A DNA stretch of 41,341 bases. Source: Pseudomonadota bacterium (lineage in GTDB: Bacteria; Bdellovibrionota_B; Oligoflexia; Oligoflexales; CAIMVM01). Below, piece by piece: positions 37,501-41,341 of this stretch. The notes below the pieces were generated by a model. The model was not told the DNA's origin, searched no databases, and worked only from the letters and a program-made list of their open reading frames with translations. Every line of letters begins with the position of its first letter. Within the stretch, counting starts at the first letter, position 1. The position numbers were made by a program, and so were the translations under genes. The stretch lies in NCBI GenBank assembly GCA_037142195.1, contig JBAXBA010000030.1:1-41341 (forward strand), in the 5' to 3' direction.

Positions 37501-39337
37501 CTAGAGCCTAGCCGAAAAGGTTTAAGCTAAAAAAGAGCTGTAATTTTCAAATGATAAAGTCATACTACTTTTTGCAAAAACCCAAAAATGATGCGCTAAC
37601 ATCAAAAACGGAGAAAAGTAGTATGACCGAAGTAAAAATAGCACCCCTGATTCCAATAGTGAAGCTCATTCCTCACATTCCAGATACTGATCTTTCCTTC
37701 CTTATTTCTGATGCTCTGGCCCTTGGTCATGCCAATCCTGCCATTTTGGAAGCAATTGATCTCGATCGTGACGTCGTTGCACTCGAGAAAAAGAGGGTTC
37801 GAATGGAAGACAAGCAATGGCTCAGAAGTCATGGCCAGCATGGGCTTGGACTAGAAGATGATGAGTCTCTAGAAGGGTTGAGTGTCGTTGAACTTGGAGT
37901 TGGTAGAGATCGAATGCCAGCCTTGGTAGTGCTCGTTTTTCTTTCACTTAGGGGCTATTTTGGCGGCTACAAAGACAGTAAGACTGCGACGACTCTGGCC
38001 GAGTCGCGGACCCTAGAGATTCTATTTGTGAATTTTGGGATGAAGATGCCAGGTGCCAGTACGATTCTCGACAATATCAATGCTGTTACTCCCGCTACCT
38101 TAGACCTCATCTTAGATGCACAAATTAAGTTAGCTACTTTTGAAAAGTTGGACGATTTTAAAGAGCTTGTATTTGATAGTACCCATTGCGCAGGCAATAC
38201 TGCCTGGCCAACTGATTCTGGTACAATCGCTGGATTGTCTATTCGGGGAGAGCATTTGCTTCGCAGTCTGGCCAATCATGGGATCAGGATCAAAATGCCT
38301 GCAGTCCAACAATCCATGCAAGAAACCATTGAAGAAATTCACAAGAATATTCAACTTTCCGCCGGTAAGAAAGACAGCGCAAAGAAGCGCGGAGTCCTTT
38401 ACCGCAAACAGATGAGAATCGCTCGTAAAGTTCGCAAACAGCTTGATAAGGGCCACCAGCGTGCCAAGGAAAAATTGGCGGGTCTTCGTATTATGCCCAG
38501 TCAACAACGGACTATCACTAAGATTTTAGAATGGGCAGCAGAAGACATAAAAAATCTTGGTTTGGCTATAACGAATGCCGATAAACGCATCAACAAAGAC
38601 GTAAAAGTAGACATTAAGAATAAGATTGTTAGCACTTCCGATAAAGACGCTTCCATGATTGTAAAAGGACAGCGTGACCCTGTTGTGGGCTATAAACCGC
38701 AGATAGGACGATCAGAAAAGGGGTTTATTACATCAATCATCGTTCCTGAAGGCAATGCAGCCGACTCAAGCCAGCTTAGACCAGTCGTAGACTCGTCAAT
38801 CAAGAGAACCGGCGTTACCCCCTCAGTTTTAAGTTTTGATGATGGATACGCCAACGCCAAGGACCGGAAACACTATCTTGGCATAGGAGTAGGAGTAGTA
38901 AGTTTTAGCGGCTCTAAGGGCAAAAAAATCATCCCAGAAAAACACTATAATAGCCCAGCCTATCAAAAAGCCCGGCAAAATCGCTCAGCAGTAGAATCCC
39001 TTATGTTCACCTTGAAACACAATCATGACCTAGATCAAATGATGCGCCGAGGCATCGATAATGTCCGCGCTGAAATCCTTGAAAAATCTATCGCCTATAA
39101 CTTCTTTAGGCTAAGAAAAATCCGAAATGATCGAGCAAAAGAAGAGGCATCCAAACTCGCAGCCTAAAATACCTGCGATTTATATGACTCTTGGATTCCT
39201 GCGCCCAAAATAGGACTTTTGTATTAGAAATTTATAAAATCCTTTGGAATGAGGGGTTCTTAAACTTTTTGAGCGAATCAAAAATCAAGTCGGCAGGGCC
39301 AGATTCAAAAATTGGGGCCTTTTCGGCTAGGCTCTAG
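37501..39337 (+). mobile_element. Complete IS of the IS5/ISNCY-like DDE group
   Basis: Perfect 20-bp IRs ctagagcctagccgaaaagg (37501-37520) / ccttttcggctaggctctag (39318-39337), flanked by CTAG on both sides; exact boundary ambiguous by up to 4 bp. Confidence 0.92.
37623..39167 (+). CDS. DDE transposase (IS5/ISNCY-like)
   Basis: GRDRMP, FDSTH..WPTDS, FDDGY, RSAVES...LK; GGAG before ATG 37623. Confidence 0.88.
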   Translation: MTEVKIAPLIPIVKLIPHIPDTDLSFLISDALALGHANPAILEAIDLDRDVVALEKKRVRMEDKQWLRSHGQHGLGLEDDESLEGLSVVELGVGRDRMPALVVLVFLSLRGYFGGYKDSKTATTLAESRTLEILFVNFGMKMPGASTILDNINAVTPATLDLILDAQIKLATFEKLDDFKELVFDSTHCAGNTAWPTDSGTIAGLSIRGEHLLRSLANHGIRIKMPAVQQSMQETIEEIHKNIQLSAGKKDSAKKRGVLYRKQMRIARKVRKQLDKGHQRAKEKLAGLRIMPSQQRTITKILEWAAEDIKNLGLAITNADKRINKDVKVDIKNKIVSTSDKDASMIVKGQRDPVVGYKPQIGRSEKGFITSIIVPEGNAADSSQLRPVVDSSIKRTGVTPSVLSFDDGYANAKDRKHYLGIGVGVVSFSGSKGKKIIPEKHYNSPAYQKARQNRSAVESLMFTLKHNHDLDQMMRRGIDNVRAEILEKSIAYNFFRLRKIRNDRAKEEASKLAA

Positions 39338-39385
39338 CTAGAAAAATTCCAAATAAAGATGCCATCATGGACCCTGAAGAAAGTC

Positions 39386-40540
39386 TTAAGCGCAACCTTT
39401 TAAGATCGTCAAAAAATCATGCCCTTTAATCGCTGATTTTTCGCCTATGCCTTGGGGATAGAGTTTTGCTAAATCTGACGCCAACGATTCCCATTCGGTA
39501 GAAGAAATCCCATAGCTAGAAAGCTTAGTGGGGGCACCCATTGCGATAAAGAAATCCTCCGTCTTCTGAATGGCCTCCAAACGGACATCGGAACCTTTGA
39601 GATAGAAAACACGCTCACCGTATTGTTGGAGCATTTGTCCCTTGCTCTCTGCGGCAAATCGAAGCAAAGAAGGTAGCACCACAGCTAAACTTTGGGCATG
39701 ATCTAATCCCCACCGAGCAGTCAATTCGTGACCGATCAAATGGGTCGACCAATCTTGCGGAACCCCCACTCCAATCGCCCCATTTAAAGCGCTTGTGGCA
39801 GCCCAAATCAAATTTTTCCGAGCTTCCAAATTCGTCAAATCAGCAATTACTTTCGGCGACTCTTCTAACAACACTGAAAGAATAGCTTCCGCCTGACGCT
39901 CTTGAAGCTTCGCTTGAACGGGATAAGTTAAATACTGCTCTATTACATGAACATAGGGATCTACGATTCCATTCACTACTTGCCGGAGAGGGAGGGACAG
40001 CATCACACTCGGATCAATGATCGAAAATCTAGGAAAGACCAGGGGAGATTGAAACGACTTTTTCTCTCCCGATGCTTTGCGGCTTACAACACTTCCGCTA
40101 TTCATTTCAGAACCCGTAGCAGACAGGGTAAGAACGGCGCCATAGGGAAGAGCATCAGTTACTTTTCTTCCTCTGCTCGTTACGATTTGCCAGGGATCAG
40201 ATAAATTCAGTTTGGCTTGGGCAACGATAAGCTTCACGCCATCTATCACGCTGCCTCCTCCTACTGCAAGAATAAAAGTAGCGTCTGCAGCTCGCGCTTG
40301 CTTAGAAGCTTCCGCAAGAGTTTCAATATCCGGATTCGGCTCAATTCCGGCAAATTCACCAACAATGCGACTTCCAAGCGCCGCCCTTACTTTAGCAAGC
40401 ACCCCGCTTCTCTCTGCCGAGCCCTGCCCCGAACAAACAAATACTTTTTCATTCGGAAGAACTAAATGACTTAGACTTTTTTCGATCTGCTGCTCACCGA
40501 AGACGATTTTAACGGGATTGAAATATTCAAATGGGAACAC
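39386..40540 (-). CDS. yqhD: Iron-containing NADPH-dependent alcohol dehydrogenase (YqhD-like)
   Basis: GIEPNP, AVGGGSVIDG, ATGSEMN, DPYVHVIEQY, DWSTHLIGHE, DHAQSLA. Confidence 0.88.
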   Translation of the reverse strand: MFPFEYFNPVKIVFGEQQIEKSLSHLVLPNEKVFVCSGQGSAERSGVLAKVRAALGSRIVGEFAGIEPNPDIETLAEASKQARAADATFILAVGGGSVIDGVKLIVAQAKLNLSDPWQIVTSRGRKVTDALPYGAVLTLSATGSEMNSGSVVSRKASGEKKSFQSPLVFPRFSIIDPSVMLSLPLRQVVNGIVDPYVHVIEQYLTYPVQAKLQERQAEAILSVLLEESPKVIADLTNLEARKNLIWAATSALNGAIGVGVPQDWSTHLIGHELTARWGLDHAQSLAVVLPSLLRFAAESKGQMLQQYGERVFYLKGSDVRLEAIQKTEDFFIAMGAPTKLSSYGISSTEWESLASDLAKLYPQGIGEKSAIKGHDFLTILKGCA

Positions 40541-40835
40541 AGTCCGACTCCTTCTTTAAAACTTGAATGGGTACTCTTTGGTTTCTAAGTTCTCTATTCT
40601 GTACTACACTTCAAGAAACCGCCAAAACTCATGTCTATTCTACTCAGAGATCCTCGGCTTTGCGACGGGAAAATAGAAGCAGGCCCACCTTCCCCTTGTA
40701 ATCCATCCTCCAGATGCTATTCACGGCCCCCTCGGGATCTCCATTTGATTGCGCACGCCAATTAGCTACAAACAAAACAATTAATGATCTTCCGAGCATC
40801 TTTCAAAAATTTCGCTTTGTCTTAGAAGCAGCCCC

Positions 40836-41291
40836 ATGATTTCAAAAGGAAGCAAGCTCGTAGGCGCATTCTGCCCTTTAATTAAACTTTTAAAACTTGA
40901 TGATTCCTTCGCAATGAACTATTCAAGTAGAACCATCCTATAGCCTTTCCAACTCTCGTGAACGGGATTTGGTTGAAAAAGCCTCCTTCAAAGTATTTCT
41001 ACCTCTACCGATAGTCATTCCGCACAGCTCTATCTTACTGGTGAAACAGGTAAGCTAAAAGCGGCATTTATTCCCTATCCAGGCAACAACAATACCGGTT
41101 TCTACTTTCGAATCTGGGCATCAACGGAACAACTCGAAACACTCTTCAAACTCTCTAAAACTGGCCTCAGCTTAACGGGTGATGTGGGTTTTGATTTGAC
41201 AGCAGAAGATGTCAGTATCAGCACGGCCGCGCCCATAAAAGTCTCCATTCCACCTTCGGTGCTCACTCCCTCTGATCCCGTTGAATCCTAA
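40836..41291 (+). pseudogene. Possible decayed gene of unknown function
   Basis: 104-codon stop-free frame 40977-41291 with no early start codon; shorter open segments in other frames upstream. Confidence 0.3.
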
Positions 41292-41341
41292 AGTCTTCAA
41301 AAATCCCTAGATAAATATAATAACCAGTCAAAAATAGTTGA

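Noticed and set aside
994..40469. Numerous 60-125 aa ORFs overlapping larger genes
   Set aside because: Antisense or alternate-frame shadows of well-supported CDSs with no recognisable motifs

Overview
A 41 kb bacterial chromosomal window of moderate GC, mixing housekeeping and accessory genes. The gene mix (PilZ, STAS-Zn ribbon, Cys-rich lipoproteins, AddAB) suggests a Bdellovibrionota/Oligoflexia-like organism, which is inference only. Housekeeping-type genes: addA and addB separated by about 6.8 kb, tricorn protease, RluA-family pseudouridine synthase, two alpha/beta hydrolases, DEAD-box helicase, secB, YerC/TrpR-like regulator, YqhD-like dehydrogenase, LivJ-like binding protein, TfoX-C protein and a histidine kinase. 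Mobile DNA: an ISAs1 remnant, an intact IS110-family element and an IS5/ISNCY-like element in CTAGCTAG. The IS110 element has CATAG direct repeats at its ends, structured non-coding DNA on both sides and a diverged 87-bp duplication of the transposase 3' end. Other notable items: an animal c-type (GH22)-like lysozyme, a cyanobacterial DesA-like desaturase, a secreted protein built from three 6-Cys repeats, a Cys/GYGQQ/Pro-rich lipoprotein, an apparently circularly permuted PilZ domain, an enlarged adenosine-deaminase-like protein, an orphan methyltransferase divergent from MazG, a doubly broken hybrid kinase and a perfect 26-bp palindrome. No rRNA, tRNA or CRISPR array was seen. All calls come from motif recognition by eye, with no database searches.
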